DNA from: Pseudomonadota bacterium
Lineage (GTDB): Bacteria; Desulfobacterota; Anaeroferrophillalia; Anaeroferrophillales; Tharpellaceae
Assembly (NCBI GenBank): GCA_015486505.1
Contig: WFRP01000125.1
Span: forward strand, 1 to 41,583
Length of the DNA: 41,583 nt
Direction of reading: 5' to 3'
The notes under the pieces are model-generated. The model made no database searches, had not been told where the DNA came from, and saw only the letters and a list, made by a program, of their open reading frames with translations. A program made the position numbers and the translations under genes. Below are positions 1 through 9,391 of this stretch, one piece after another. Within the stretch, counting starts at the first letter, position 1. Each line of letters starts with the position of its first letter.

Positions 1-2
1 TT

Positions 3-542
3 CTCCTTCATTTTTTGCTGACCGGCGGTTTTCACCTCGACGGTATTGCCGATACCGCCGACGGCCTGATGAGCGGCAGTATCGACCTGGAAAAAATCTT
101 TACGATCATGAAAGACAGTCTTTTGGGCAGTATGGGCGCGACCGCCCTGGTTCTTTTACTGCTCCTTAAATTCAGCGCTCTGCTGAGCCTGGTTAAAGAT
201 GCCCCTTTAAGCCTGATTCTTTTTCCGGTATTCGGCCGTTATGCCATTGTTCAGCTGACATTCAGCTCTGAATATGCCCGGCCCAAAGGTGGTTTAGGCG
301 CTATTTTCACCAACCATTGCGGATTGCGTGAACTCGCAATTGCGGCAGTCACAAGTTTGACGGTGGGAATTTTATGTGCCGGTGGCGCCGGATTATTAAC
401 TTTTTTTGCGATTGTTTTATATGTGTTTTTAGTCAGAAATGCGGCCCGCCGCAAACTTGGCGGGGTCACCGGCGATATCCTCGGTTTTGCCTGTGAAAGC
501 AGTGAAGCTTTGACTCTGATTATGCTGGTTGCCCTGCGGTAA
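3..542 (+). CDS. cobS: adenosylcobinamide-GDP ribazoletransferase (cobalamin synthase), 5'-truncated by window edge
   Basis: LTGGFHLDGIADTADG, MKDS.LGSMG and GGVTGDILG motifs; hydrophobic membrane protein; frame is open back to the window start. Confidence 0.93.
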   Translation, partial: LLHFLLTGGFHLDGIADTADGLMSGSIDLEKIFTIMKDSLLGSMGATALVLLLLLKFSALLSLVKDAPLSLILFPVFGRYAIVQLTFSSEYARPKGGLGAIFTNHCGLRELAIAAVTSLTVGILCAGGAGLLTFFAIVLYVFLVRNAARRKLGGVTGDILGFACESSEALTLIMLVALR

Positions 543-563
543 AGTCAATTTCAGGAGATAAAA

Positions 564-1184
564 ATGCCGGATAATTTCACAACTCTATATCTTCTGCGCC
601 ACGGTGAAACGGTGAATACCTTAGATGGACCGCTGCGCTATAACGGCCATTTTGATGTTGACATTACCGCCAATGCCCGAACCCAGATGCATAAACGCGG
701 AGACGAATTTATTAATCGTAAAATCACCACGGTCTATGCCAGCGATCTTAAACGCTGCCGTATCGGCGGCGAAATTATCGCTGAAAAGATCGGCTGCCCC
801 CTGGTTTTAAGTAAAAATCTTAGGGAAATGAAAATGGGTGACTGGGAAGGTTTGACCCTGGCTGAGGTTCGTGAACGTTTCCCCGAACAGGTGGAGAAAA
901 AATTTGCCGATTTCATCAATTACCGCATCCCCGGTAGCGAAACGGTGGCCGAGGTCGAAAAACGGATCTATCCCGAATTTGATAAAATCATTGCCCGGCA
1001 TCGGGGCGAAGCGATTCTGATTGTCGCCCACGGCGGGGTCAACCTGCTCTTTATCTCCCGGATTCTGGGTTTGCCCAGCGCGGAAATCTTTAATCTGGGC
1101 CAGGATTTCGGCTGTATCAACAAGATTATTATCGGCGCTGATTTTCATAAACTTGAAATGCTGAACAGCTCCGGCCTGCATTGA
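564..1184 (+). CDS. cobC: histidine phosphatase family protein, probable alpha-ribazole phosphatase
   Basis: LLRHGET, SDLKRC, LREMKMGDWEG and VAHGG motifs; directly after cobS; AGGAG RBS. Confidence 0.75.
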   Translation: MPDNFTTLYLLRHGETVNTLDGPLRYNGHFDVDITANARTQMHKRGDEFINRKITTVYASDLKRCRIGGEIIAEKIGCPLVLSKNLREMKMGDWEGLTLAEVRERFPEQVEKKFADFINYRIPGSETVAEVEKRIYPEFDKIIARHRGEAILIVAHGGVNLLFISRILGLPSAEIFNLGQDFGCINKIIIGADFHKLEMLNSSGLH

Positions 1185-1203
1185 TTTTTGCGCGAGTATA
1201 CCG

Positions 1204-1908
1204 ATGATCAGAAACGGCCCGCAGTCAGGTTCGAATTGCCCGAAAATCTGTTACACAGCGATTCTGCTGTTATTTTCAGGCATAATTCTCATTTTTTCCG
1301 CCTGCTCTTTAACACCAAAGAAACCGGCCCCGGGCAGTCCGGCGCCGGTACAGGAACTTGAACTCGGCTTCTACCAGAAAGGGATCGCTTCCTGGTACGG
1401 CCGCCCCTTTCACGGCCACGCCACGGCCAGTGGCGAAATCTATGATATGAACGGCCTCACCGCCGCCCATAAACAGCTGCCGCTGGGAACCCGGGTCCTG
1501 GTCACCGACCTTGAAAACCAGCGCCAGGTCGAAGTCGTTATCAATGATCGCGGCCCCTTTGTCAAAAACCGGATTATCGATCTTTCCAAAAAAGCGGCGC
1601 AGAAGCTCGATATGATTGTTAAGGGGACGGCGATGGTGCGGCTCGACATTCTCGAGTTGCCGGAGAGTATTTCAATTTCGCGGAAACACCCCTTTGCCAT
1701 CCAGTTCGCCGCCTTCAAAAACCGGAAAAGCGCCATCCGGCTCCGGGACAAGATTGCCCGGCAAAATTCTGAGGTGTTTATTGATGAAATCAAACGCAGT
1801 GACGGCTCCCTTTACAGGGTACGGCTCGGCTGGTTTAACAGTCGCAAGGCCGCCCGTAAAGAAGCCCGGCGCCTCGGCTTCCATAACGCCCAGATTTTCC
1901 GGCGCTGA
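1204..1908 (+). CDS. rlpA: septal ring lytic transglycosylase RlpA family lipoprotein with C-terminal SPOR domain
   Basis: lipobox FSAC; GIASWYG..FHG..TASGE.YDM..LTAAH..LP.GT and INDRGPF...RIIDLS; C-terminal IQFAAF...YRVRLG. Confidence 0.9.
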   Translation: MIRNGPQSGSNCPKICYTAILLLFSGIILIFSACSLTPKKPAPGSPAPVQELELGFYQKGIASWYGRPFHGHATASGEIYDMNGLTAAHKQLPLGTRVLVTDLENQRQVEVVINDRGPFVKNRIIDLSKKAAQKLDMIVKGTAMVRLDILELPESISISRKHPFAIQFAAFKNRKSAIRLRDKIARQNSEVFIDEIKRSDGSLYRVRLGWFNSRKAARKEARRLGFHNAQIFRR

Positions 1909-1949
1909 ACCCGCTGCCAAAACAAAAATTCAAATTCCAAGGTAATAAA

Positions 1950-3110
1950 ATGACCCTTCCGACAATTATCAAAGTTCATGTCCCGGAAAGCCATAATGAC
2001 TTTCTTGAGCGCCTGCGCCGGCTGCCGCCGCTTTTCACCTGCACGATTGCCTCGACGGAAACCGCTTTAATTCCCGGGGTTTCGGCCGCCGGAGCGGGCC
2101 CTGAGTTAATCCCCTACACCGCCGCGGCTGATGTTGAAGCCCTGGTTTACGGTCAGGCGCTCTGCCTCGAAAAAATCCCGGAGAACCCGGTCGGGCCGCC
2201 GTCGCCGGTAATTATAACGATGGCGGCGTTACGGGAACTTGAGGCCCCCTTTTTCGTCGTCGATGCCGGCAATGCCGTTACCCCGAAAGTACCGATGCTG
2301 ACCGCCGGACGCCAACCGGGCCGCGAGATAACCGCGCCGGAAGCGGTGGCTGAGGTTGAAGAGCTTTTCCTCCAGGGCATAATTATCGGACAACAGCTGG
2401 CCGATAACCACCACAGCCTGATTTTGGGCGAGAGCGTCCCCGGCGGCACCACGACCGCGATGGCGGTAATGGAAGCTTTAGGGATTGCCGCTTTAGGCAA
2501 AATCAGTGGCAGTATGCCGGGCAACAACCAGAATCTGAAACAGGATTTGGTCTGCCGGGCCCTGCGCGAAAAAGATTTGCAACGCGGTTTCGCCCTGAAA
2601 AATCCGCTCAGCGCAATTCGCCTTTTAGGCGACCCGATGCAGGCGGTACAGGCCGGTATCGCTATGAGTGCGAGCCGCAAAATCCCGGTGCTGTTAGCCG
2701 GCGGCACCCAGATGATTGCGGTGGCGGCTCTGATCGGCGCCCTTTTAGAACAACCGGCCGCTATCAACGCAATAACGCGGCGCGGCAGTCAAAAACTTAT
2801 TAACTGCGCCTTGAAAGCTCAGCTTGAAAATGTCGCGATCGCCACCACCGCCTGGGTCTCCGAAGATGAATCAGCCGATCTCCGCTCGTTAATGCGGCAG
2901 CTGCCACAGGCCCTGCCGCTTTATGCCGCCGGTCTTGATTTTTCAACTTCCCGGCACCAGAACCTTAAGCTCTACGAGGAAGGTTATGTCAAAGAGGGGG
3001 TCGGGGCCGGAGCCCTGGCTTTATGCGCTATGCTTTATCATGATCTTGATAACCTGAAATTTCTGCCGCGGATCGAGAAAATCTACGAGGAGATCTACCT
3101 TGCCGGATAA
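1950..3110 (+). CDS. cobT: nicotinate mononucleotide-dependent phosphoribosyltransferase, archaeal/cyanobacterial-type CobT (TIGR00303-like)
   Basis: TETALIPGVSAAGA, GESVPGGTTTA, GDPMQ, LAGGTQM and YEEGYVKEGVGAG motifs; cob context. Confidence 0.85.
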   Translation: MTLPTIIKVHVPESHNDFLERLRRLPPLFTCTIASTETALIPGVSAAGAGPELIPYTAAADVEALVYGQALCLEKIPENPVGPPSPVIITMAALRELEAPFFVVDAGNAVTPKVPMLTAGRQPGREITAPEAVAEVEELFLQGIIIGQQLADNHHSLILGESVPGGTTTAMAVMEALGIAALGKISGSMPGNNQNLKQDLVCRALREKDLQRGFALKNPLSAIRLLGDPMQAVQAGIAMSASRKIPVLLAGGTQMIAVAALIGALLEQPAAINAITRRGSQKLINCALKAQLENVAIATTAWVSEDESADLRSLMRQLPQALPLYAAGLDFSTSRHQNLKLYEEGYVKEGVGAGALALCAMLYHDLDNLKFLPRIEKIYEEIYLAG

Positions 3111-3140
3111 ATTTACGCGAAAATCCGCTCCGGTCCGCGC

Positions 3141-4247
3141 ATGAAACCAGAACTTAAAAATCTGATCACGGCTTACCTGCAGCAGCTTCGGGCGGCCGCT
3201 CAGAGAAAAAAGCCCGATCCGGAAACAACTGCAGAATATCAGGTCACACCTTTAAGCCCGGACGGCTCGGAGCGGCTTTATTATCGGATTAGCGCCCCGC
3301 GCATCACTTTTATCGCCGCCGATGCCACCGGCTGCGGAGAACCGGATAAAAACAGCGGCCTTAGTCAGAATAATTCTTTTTCCCTTATCCAGCAACACCT
3401 TAACAAATTAAATTTCCCGGTCCCCGGCTATCTCGGCGACAGAGCCGCCGATGACGCTCTCTATCTTATCGAAGATTTAGGCGATACCACCCTGTATGAT
3501 TTGGTCAAAACTCAAGGCTGGAACAAGCGCACTGTTGCTTACTATCGTGAGGCCTTAAAATTACTGCTTAAACTGCAAATTAACGCGGCCCCGGGTTTTT
3601 CCCCGGACTGGGCTTACGCCGGCGGTTTTTACGATTATGAATTGATTGTCAACCGCGAACTCAACTATTTTCTTAAAGAGTTTGTCAGCAATTACTGCCG
3701 GATAGAAATTTCCCCGGCCGTAAAAGCTAAGCTTGAGGCGGAATTCGAATTTCTGGCCGCAGCGGCCCTGAAGGCGCCGGCGGATTTCTTCCTTTATCGC
3801 GATTTTCAATCCAAAAACCTGATGCTGTTTCAGGATGAAATTTTCCTGATCGATTTTCAGGGCGCCCGTTTAGGCCCGATATACTACGACCTTGCGGCCC
3901 TGATTAACGATCCCTACACGGAAATGCCCTTAAACTTACGGCAAGATCTGCAAAAATTTTACTACGAGCAACTGATAGTCGCGCATCCGGCGGGCACGCA
4001 CCTTCCCGACCCAGCAAGCTTTGCTTTCAATTTCGCTCTCTTCTCCCTGATCCGGACCTTGCAGACTTTAGGAGCTTTCGCCTATCTGAGCGGCCGGGGG
4101 AAAATTCATTTCACCCAATACATCCGGCCCGCGCTGGCAAATTTCACCCTCTATCTTGAACACCTGAAAAAACTAGATAACGACTGCGAACTTGAAACCC
4201 TAAACCTCATCAAGCAAAAAATCGGCCTTTGGCAGCAGCAATTATGA
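3141..4247 (+). CDS. aminoglycoside phosphotransferase-family kinase (AmgK-like)
   Basis: DGSERLYYR, IEDLGD, YRDFQSKNLM, IDFQGARLGP..YDLAAL..DPY and R.LQ.LGAF motifs. Confidence 0.8.
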   Translation: MKPELKNLITAYLQQLRAAAQRKKPDPETTAEYQVTPLSPDGSERLYYRISAPRITFIAADATGCGEPDKNSGLSQNNSFSLIQQHLNKLNFPVPGYLGDRAADDALYLIEDLGDTTLYDLVKTQGWNKRTVAYYREALKLLLKLQINAAPGFSPDWAYAGGFYDYELIVNRELNYFLKEFVSNYCRIEISPAVKAKLEAEFEFLAAAALKAPADFFLYRDFQSKNLMLFQDEIFLIDFQGARLGPIYYDLAALINDPYTEMPLNLRQDLQKFYYEQLIVAHPAGTHLPDPASFAFNFALFSLIRTLQTLGAFAYLSGRGKIHFTQYIRPALANFTLYLEHLKKLDNDCELETLNLIKQKIGLWQQQL

Positions 4248-5137
4248 AACCAGTAGAAATCAACCCTGAACTCTGCAGCGGCTGCCGGATCTGCGTTAGA
4301 ATCTGCCCGGCCCGCGCCTTTACTCTGGTCAATAATACTGCGGTTTTAAACGGCGAATGTACTTTTTTATGTGACCACTGCGCCGCCGCCTGCCCGCAGG
4401 CTGCCATCATAACCAATTTTCCGGAATTTGCGTACTGCCGACTGCTGACCATACCCGACCCGACAACTCTGGCCCCGGCCCCGGTACCCCCTGCGGAACT
4501 TGTCCGCCTGATGCAAGCCCGGCGCTCCTGCCGGCTTTATACCGACCGGGAACCAGGCCGGAGAATCCTTACCGACCTTGTAACTATCGCTAAAACCGCG
4601 CCTTCCGGCACCAACAGCCAGCAATGGACTTTCTCAATCATCAACAAGCGTTCTCGGGTCATCGAATTCGGAACCGAGATTGCCGCCTATTATAAAAAAC
4701 TGAACCGTCTCGCAGAAATGAAATGGCTCCGCCAAATACTGCAACTCTGCGGCAAACCGGAGCTTAATCATTATTACCGGGAATATTATGAACCGATCAA
4801 GGAAGGCCTGGATTTATGGTATGAAAAGAATGAAGACCGCCTCTTCCACGGCGCCCCGGCCCTGATTTTCATCGGCGCCCGCCCCGGCGCCGGCTGCCCG
4901 GCCGAAGACGCCCTGCTGGCAACCCAAAATATCCTGCTGGCCGCCGAAAGTATGGGCCTGGGCACCTGTCTTATCGGTTTTGCCGTCGAAGCTATGCGCC
5001 GCGATGCCGGGATTCAAAAAACCTTAAACATCCCCGCCAGCGAAAAAATCTACTCCGTCATTGCCCTAGGCTACCCCGCGATAAAATTCCAGCGTCCGGC
5101 CCAACGGCGAAAAGTTGCAATAAACTGGATTGCTTAA
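4244..5137 (+). CDS. nitroreductase family protein with N-terminal 2x[4Fe-4S] ferredoxin domain
   Basis: CSGCRICVRICP and C..CDHCAAACP; RRSCR, APSGTNSQ, GLGTCLIG, ALGYP; ATG 4244 overlaps upstream TGA (ATGA). Confidence 0.88.
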   Translation: MKPVEINPELCSGCRICVRICPARAFTLVNNTAVLNGECTFLCDHCAAACPQAAIITNFPEFAYCRLLTIPDPTTLAPAPVPPAELVRLMQARRSCRLYTDREPGRRILTDLVTIAKTAPSGTNSQQWTFSIINKRSRVIEFGTEIAAYYKKLNRLAEMKWLRQILQLCGKPELNHYYREYYEPIKEGLDLWYEKNEDRLFHGAPALIFIGARPGAGCPAEDALLATQNILLAAESMGLGTCLIGFAVEAMRRDAGIQKTLNIPASEKIYSVIALGYPAIKFQRPAQRRKVAINWIA

Positions 5138-5163
5138 ACGGTTAAAAAGCCCTGCTCCTGAAA

Positions 5164-5400
5164 CTCATGCGGGAACCAACTCCCGCAACCCAAACAGGGC
5201 TTTGTGGCCCGCAAATAAGTACTCTTATCAGAACATTTTCTTGTTTTTTCAAACCGAAAATAACCTGTAAGGTACTAATGCGGGAACAAACCCGCAACCC
5301 AAACAGGGCTTTGTGGCCCGCAAATAAGTACTCTTATCAGAACATTTTCTGATTATTAAATCTTGTTTTTTAGTGCAGAAAATAACCTGTAAGGTACTAA
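5164..5400 (+). repeat. repeat family A, head-to-tail dimer (units 5168-5278 and 5279-5400)
   Basis: TGCGGGAAC...CAAATAAGTACTCTTATCAGAACATTTTCT...AAAATAACCTGTAAGGTACTAA twice, sharing one CTAA at 5275-5278. Confidence 0.95.
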
Positions 5401-5445
5401 AAAACCGGGCCCCTCTAAAGTTATTCAGAGGGGCCCGGTTTCTTT
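5401..5445. terminator. bidirectional intrinsic terminator
   Basis: AAAACCGGGCCCCTCT-loop-AGAGGGGCCCGGTTTCTTT between convergent genes. Confidence 0.85.
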
Positions 5446-5484
5446 GATTCAGTGTAGAGTTTTAAAATTAACTCTCGGCGTTTT

Positions 5485-5934
5485 CTAGACAATCATCTGG
5501 GCAACGGCTTTGCCGTAATCCTGACAGGATTTGATCATTTCCGGATCATCGCTTTGCAATTTACTTTCCAAGCCGTTAAAAGAGCCCAGATTAACCAGCC
5601 TCATTTTCAGCACAAATTCCATAGTGTCCGCCAGAACCTTGGGCGCATCACCGGAATGTGTATATGAGCCAAAAGCACCCGCCGCTTTGCCGCTGAGCCC
5701 GGCTTTTTCCGCCAGGAAGAGGAAGGTTTTGAAATTCTGAGTCATTTCCCGATGATAGGTCGGACAACCAAAAATATAGCCGTCATAACCGGCGAGATCC
5801 TCTTCTGATTTAATTTGACTTACCTTTTTCAACTCGGCTTCAGCACCGGCAAAACGCACGCCTTCAGCAACAAACTGGGCCATTTTTTCGGTATTACCAG
5901 TACGACTGAAATAAACAATCAAGACCTTTGCCAT
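5485..5934 (-). CDS. flavodoxin family protein
   Basis: IVYFSRTGNTEKMA FMN-binding loop, IFGCPTY, GAFGSY; ATG 5934 follows a GGAG RBS. Confidence 0.88.
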   Translation of the reverse strand: MAKVLIVYFSRTGNTEKMAQFVAEGVRFAGAEAELKKVSQIKSEEDLAGYDGYIFGCPTYHREMTQNFKTFLFLAEKAGLSGKAAGAFGSYTHSGDAPKVLADTMEFVLKMRLVNLGSFNGLESKLQSDDPEMIKSCQDYGKAVAQMIV

Positions 5935-6102
5935 AATCCATTCTCCGTTCTTGTCCAAAGTTAAAAATATCAATAACCGGACTATACCACCTGGAAACTA
6001 ATATTACAATACTTTTTTAATTCAATTAGTTGTTTTTTATCCGCGCGCATTAAAAATTAAAGATATATTATATTTCTTAAATCTCACACAATGTTTTTAA
6101 AA

Positions 6103-6131
6103 TTAAAAAGGGCGCAAAAAATGCGCCCCTT
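6103..6131 (-). terminator. intrinsic terminator after asd
   Basis: minus strand GGGGCGCA-TTTT-TTGCGCCC followed by TTTTT. Confidence 0.75.
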
Positions 6132-6167
6132 GAAAACCAACGTTCGGGGAAACCCTGCTCTAAGATT

Positions 6168-7193
6168 CTACAGATATTCGCGAATCAGGATTTCGGCAAT
6201 CTGCACCGCGTTCAGGGCCGCGCCTTTGCGGATATTGTCGGCAACAACCCAGAGATTGATGCCGTTGGCAATTGATTCATCTTCACGAATCCGGCCGACC
6301 AGAGTCGCATCCTGACCGGCGGCTTCAACCGCCAGAGGATAGCGGTTCTCGGCCAGATCATCAACCAATTCGACCCCCGGCGCCCGCGCCATCAGTTCAC
6401 GCACTTCGTCAACCGTGATTTTCTCATCGGTTTCAATATTGACCGATTCGGAATGGCCGTAGAAAACCGGCACCCGCACTGCGGTCGCCGTCACCCCGAT
6501 GCCGTCATCGGCAAAGATCTTTTTGGTCTCGCGCACCATCTTCATCTCTTCTTTTGAATAGCCGTTCTCAAGAAAGACATCGATATGCGGCAGACAGTTG
6601 AAAGCTATCTGATGCGGATAGACGTTAACCGGAAGTTCGGATTCCTGATTAAAGAGGGCAAGAACCTGTTTTTCAAGTTCATCAATCGCTTTCTTGCCGC
6701 TGCCGGAGACCGCCTGATAGGTTGAAACCACGATCCGGCGAATCCCGACTTCATCGTAAATCGGCTTTAACGCCACCACCATCTGAATCGTTGAACAGTT
6801 GGGATTGGCAATAATCCCGCGCTTTTTATAGTCGGCAATCGCCCCGGGATTTACCTCGGGCACGACCAGCGGCACATCTTCTTCCATGCGAAAGGCATTG
6901 GTATTGTCAATCACCACCGCCCCGCTGGCGGCGGCAATCGGCGCGAAAACTTCACTGATTGAACCGCCGGCGGAAAAAAGGGCAATATCAACCCCGGCAA
7001 AAGAGTCCTCGGTCAACTCCGCAACGGCATACTCTTTACCTTTAAATTCATAGGTTTTGCCGACCGAGCGGGCCGAAGCCAGAAGTCTCAACTCGGCCAC
7101 CGGAAAACCCCGGGCTGCAAGCGTGGCAATCATCTCGTTACCAACCGCGCCGGTCGCCCCGACGACAGCGACACTGTATCCTGCTGATTTCAT
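6168..7193 (-). CDS. asd: aspartate-semialdehyde dehydrogenase
   Basis: VGATGAVG, IANPNCST, STYQAVSG.G, RVPVFYGHS and DNIRKGAALNAVQIAE motifs. Confidence 0.97.
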   Translation of the reverse strand: MKSAGYSVAVVGATGAVGNEMIATLAARGFPVAELRLLASARSVGKTYEFKGKEYAVAELTEDSFAGVDIALFSAGGSISEVFAPIAAASGAVVIDNTNAFRMEEDVPLVVPEVNPGAIADYKKRGIIANPNCSTIQMVVALKPIYDEVGIRRIVVSTYQAVSGSGKKAIDELEKQVLALFNQESELPVNVYPHQIAFNCLPHIDVFLENGYSKEEMKMVRETKKIFADDGIGVTATAVRVPVFYGHSESVNIETDEKITVDEVRELMARAPGVELVDDLAENRYPLAVEAAGQDATLVGRIREDESIANGINLWVVADNIRKGAALNAVQIAEILIREYL

Positions 7194-7232
7194 TTAAATT
7201 TCTCCCTTTAAATTTTATCTACCCAAAAAATC

Positions 7233-7304
7233 GTACCTATTCAGCCAAATTTTATCTCCCTTCTTGCAGAAAGGGGTAGGGGTAAATTTTGGCTGAATAG
7301 TTAC
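7233..7304. mobile_element. 72-bp miniature inverted-repeat element, family B (IS66-like ends)
   Basis: GTACCTATTCAGCCAAATTTTA ... TAAATTTTGGCTGAATAGTTAC terminal inverted repeats; flanks AAAAAATC / AAAAAAAT form an imperfect 8-bp duplication. Confidence 0.75.
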
Positions 7305-7311
7305 AAAAAAA

Positions 7312-7815
7312 TTATTTGTCATCCCGCAAACGTTTGCGCCAATGTGCCATAAGACCGCCGTCATCTAAAAGTTTCTGCATAAATTCCGGTACCGGCCGGG
7401 CCTGAAAGGTTTGCCCGCCGGTTAAGTCTTTAATTGTACCGGTGGCCGGATCGACATTAACCTGATGCCCGTCGGCAATCGCCGCCGCGGCTTCAGCGGA
7501 TTCCAGAATCAAAAGCCCGGTGTTAAAGGCGTTGCGATAGAAAATCCGGGCAAAGGTCGGCGCGATTACACAGGCAACACCTGACGCTTTTATCGCAATC
7601 GGGGCGTGTTCCCGGGAGGAGCCGCAACCGAAATTTTTCCCGGCCACAATGATATCCCCGGCCGCGACTTTGGCGGCAAAACCGGCATCGGCATCCTCCA
7701 TACAGTATTTTGCCAGCTCCCGCGGATCTGAAGTGTTAAGATAACGGGCCGGGATAATCGCGTCGGTATCAATATCATCACCGAACTTCCAGGCTTTTCC
7801 TTCAATATTATGCAT
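7312..7815 (-). CDS. leuD: 3-isopropylmalate dehydratase small subunit
   Basis: GDDIDTDAIIPARYL, NFGCGSSREHA, FARIFYRN. Confidence 0.95.
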   Translation of the reverse strand: MHNIEGKAWKFGDDIDTDAIIPARYLNTSDPRELAKYCMEDADAGFAAKVAAGDIIVAGKNFGCGSSREHAPIAIKASGVACVIAPTFARIFYRNAFNTGLLILESAEAAAAIADGHQVNVDPATGTIKDLTGGQTFQARPVPEFMQKLLDDGGLMAHWRKRLRDDK

Positions 7816-7855
7816 AAATTTCCCCTTAATAATCCCTTAATAATTTAAATTTCGG

Positions 7856-9124
7856 TTAGAGAATCTCTTCCGGTGTCGCAATCCGGCCTAAAACCGCACT
7901 GGCGGCGGCCACCGCCGGACTGCTGAGATAGACTTCACTTTCAGGATGACCCATGCGGCCGACAAAATTCCGGTTGGTCGTCGCCACGGCGCGCTCGCCG
8001 GCGGCAAGAATCCCCATATGCCCCCCGAGACAGGGGCCGCAGGTCGGCGGTGAAATCAGGGCTTCGGCATCGAGAAAAATATCGGTCAGCCCCTCTTTAA
8101 TCATCTGCCGGTAAACCTCCTGCGTGCCGGGAATAATCATAAGCCGGACAAACCTAGCCGCTTTTTTCCCTTTCAGCAGTTTTGCCGCCAAGCGGAAATC
8201 CTCGATCCGGCCGTTGGTACAGGAGCCGATTACAACCTGATCGATCGCGATATTATCGGCGGCCGCCTGGTCGACGGTACGGGTTTTATCCGGCAGCGGC
8301 GGATAGGAGACCTGGGGCCTGAGTTTACTCACGTCAATTTCAATCGTGCGACAATAGTTCGCATCGGGATCACTGGCGAAAACCGTATAATCCCGCTGGG
8401 CCCGGGGCCTGACATAATCTAAAGTTATCTCATCCGGGGCGATAATCCCGTTTTTGGCCCCGGCTTCAATTGCCATATTCGCCATCGACATACGCCCGTA
8501 CATCGGTAGCGCGGCAATCGTTTCGCCGGTCATCTCCAGCGCCTGATAAAGCGCCCCGTCAACCTTGAGCAAACCGATGGTATGCAAAATCAAATCCTTA
8601 CCCTCAACCCAGGCCGGCAACTCGCCGTGATAAACCACCTTGATTGTCTCCGGGACCTTGAACCAGACCTTGCCGGTCGCCATCGCGGCGGCAAGATCGG
8701 TACTTCCGACCCCGGTCGCAAAAGCCCCTAAAGCCCCATAGGTACAGGTATGCGAATCGGCGCCGATAATCAGATCCCCCGGCCCCACCAGACCCTGCTC
8801 CGGCAAAAGAACGTGTTCGATGCCGACCCGGCCGATTTCAAAATAGTTTTTGAGCTCCTGAGCTTGAGCGAATTCACGCAGGATCTTCGCCTGTTCCGCG
8901 GATTTAATATCCTTGTTCGGGGTAAAATGATCCGGAATCAACAGAACCCTTTTTTTATCGAAAACCTTCTCGACGCCGAGTTTTTCAAACTCGGCAATCG
9001 CGATCGGGGCGGTGACATCGTTGGCCAGCGCGATATCGACATCAGCTTCAATCAGTTGTCCGGGCTCAACCTCTTTGAGACCGGCATGAAAAGCCAGTAT
9101 TTTTTCGGTTATAGTTTGTGCCAC
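7856..9124 (-). CDS. leuC: 3-isopropylmalate dehydratase large subunit
   Basis: [34 protein letters not shown]; GTG 9124 follows an AGGAGG RBS (the longer ORF start runs into a repeat). Confidence 0.95.
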   Translation of the reverse strand: MAQTITEKILAFHAGLKEVEPGQLIEADVDIALANDVTAPIAIAEFEKLGVEKVFDKKRVLLIPDHFTPNKDIKSAEQAKILREFAQAQELKNYFEIGRVGIEHVLLPEQGLVGPGDLIIGADSHTCTYGALGAFATGVGSTDLAAAMATGKVWFKVPETIKVVYHGELPAWVEGKDLILHTIGLLKVDGALYQALEMTGETIAALPMYGRMSMANMAIEAGAKNGIIAPDEITLDYVRPRAQRDYTVFASDPDANYCRTIEIDVSKLRPQVSYPPLPDKTRTVDQAAADNIAIDQVVIGSCTNGRIEDFRLAAKLLKGKKAARFVRLMIIPGTQEVYRQMIKEGLTDIFLDAEALISPPTCGPCLGGHMGILAAGERAVATTNRNFVGRMGHPESEVYLSSPAVAAASAVLGRIATPEEIL

Positions 9125-9133
9125 AAAATCCTC

Positions 9134-9391
9134 CTGATGCGGGAACAAACCCCGCAGTCCCAAAAAAGTTATCGGCCCGTACCCAGAGGCAATCCGCTGG
9201 TCGCAAATAAGTGCTCTTATCAGAACATTTTCTTGTTTTAAAACAAGAAGATAACCTGTAAGGCACTAATGCGGGAACAAACCCGCAACCCAAACGGAGC
9301 CTTGCGGCCCACAAATAAGTACTCTTATCAGAACATTTTCTGATTATTAAATCTTGTTTTTTGGTACAGAAAATAACCTGTAAGGTACTAA
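9134..9391 (+). repeat. repeat family A, head-to-tail dimer (units 9138-9269 and 9270-9391)
   Basis: two units sharing CTAA at 9266-9269; final CTAA is the reverse complement of the leuA stop. Confidence 0.95.

Noticed and set aside
4244-5137. Nitroreductase as BluB (DMB synthase) because of cob context
   Set aside because: The N-terminal ferredoxin fusion is typical of generic anaerobe nitroreductases; BluB needs O2 and lacks this domain
5164-5400. Tandem family A units as a CRISPR array
   Set aside because: Only two long units, no unique spacers, copies dispersed in both orientations, no cas genes
9125-9163. Longer N-termini in the ORF track for leuC, ilvN, ilvC, rplM, pal, pilO and pilQ
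   Set aside because: Extensions run into repeats or upstream genes; internal starts match family N-termini and most have a clear RBS
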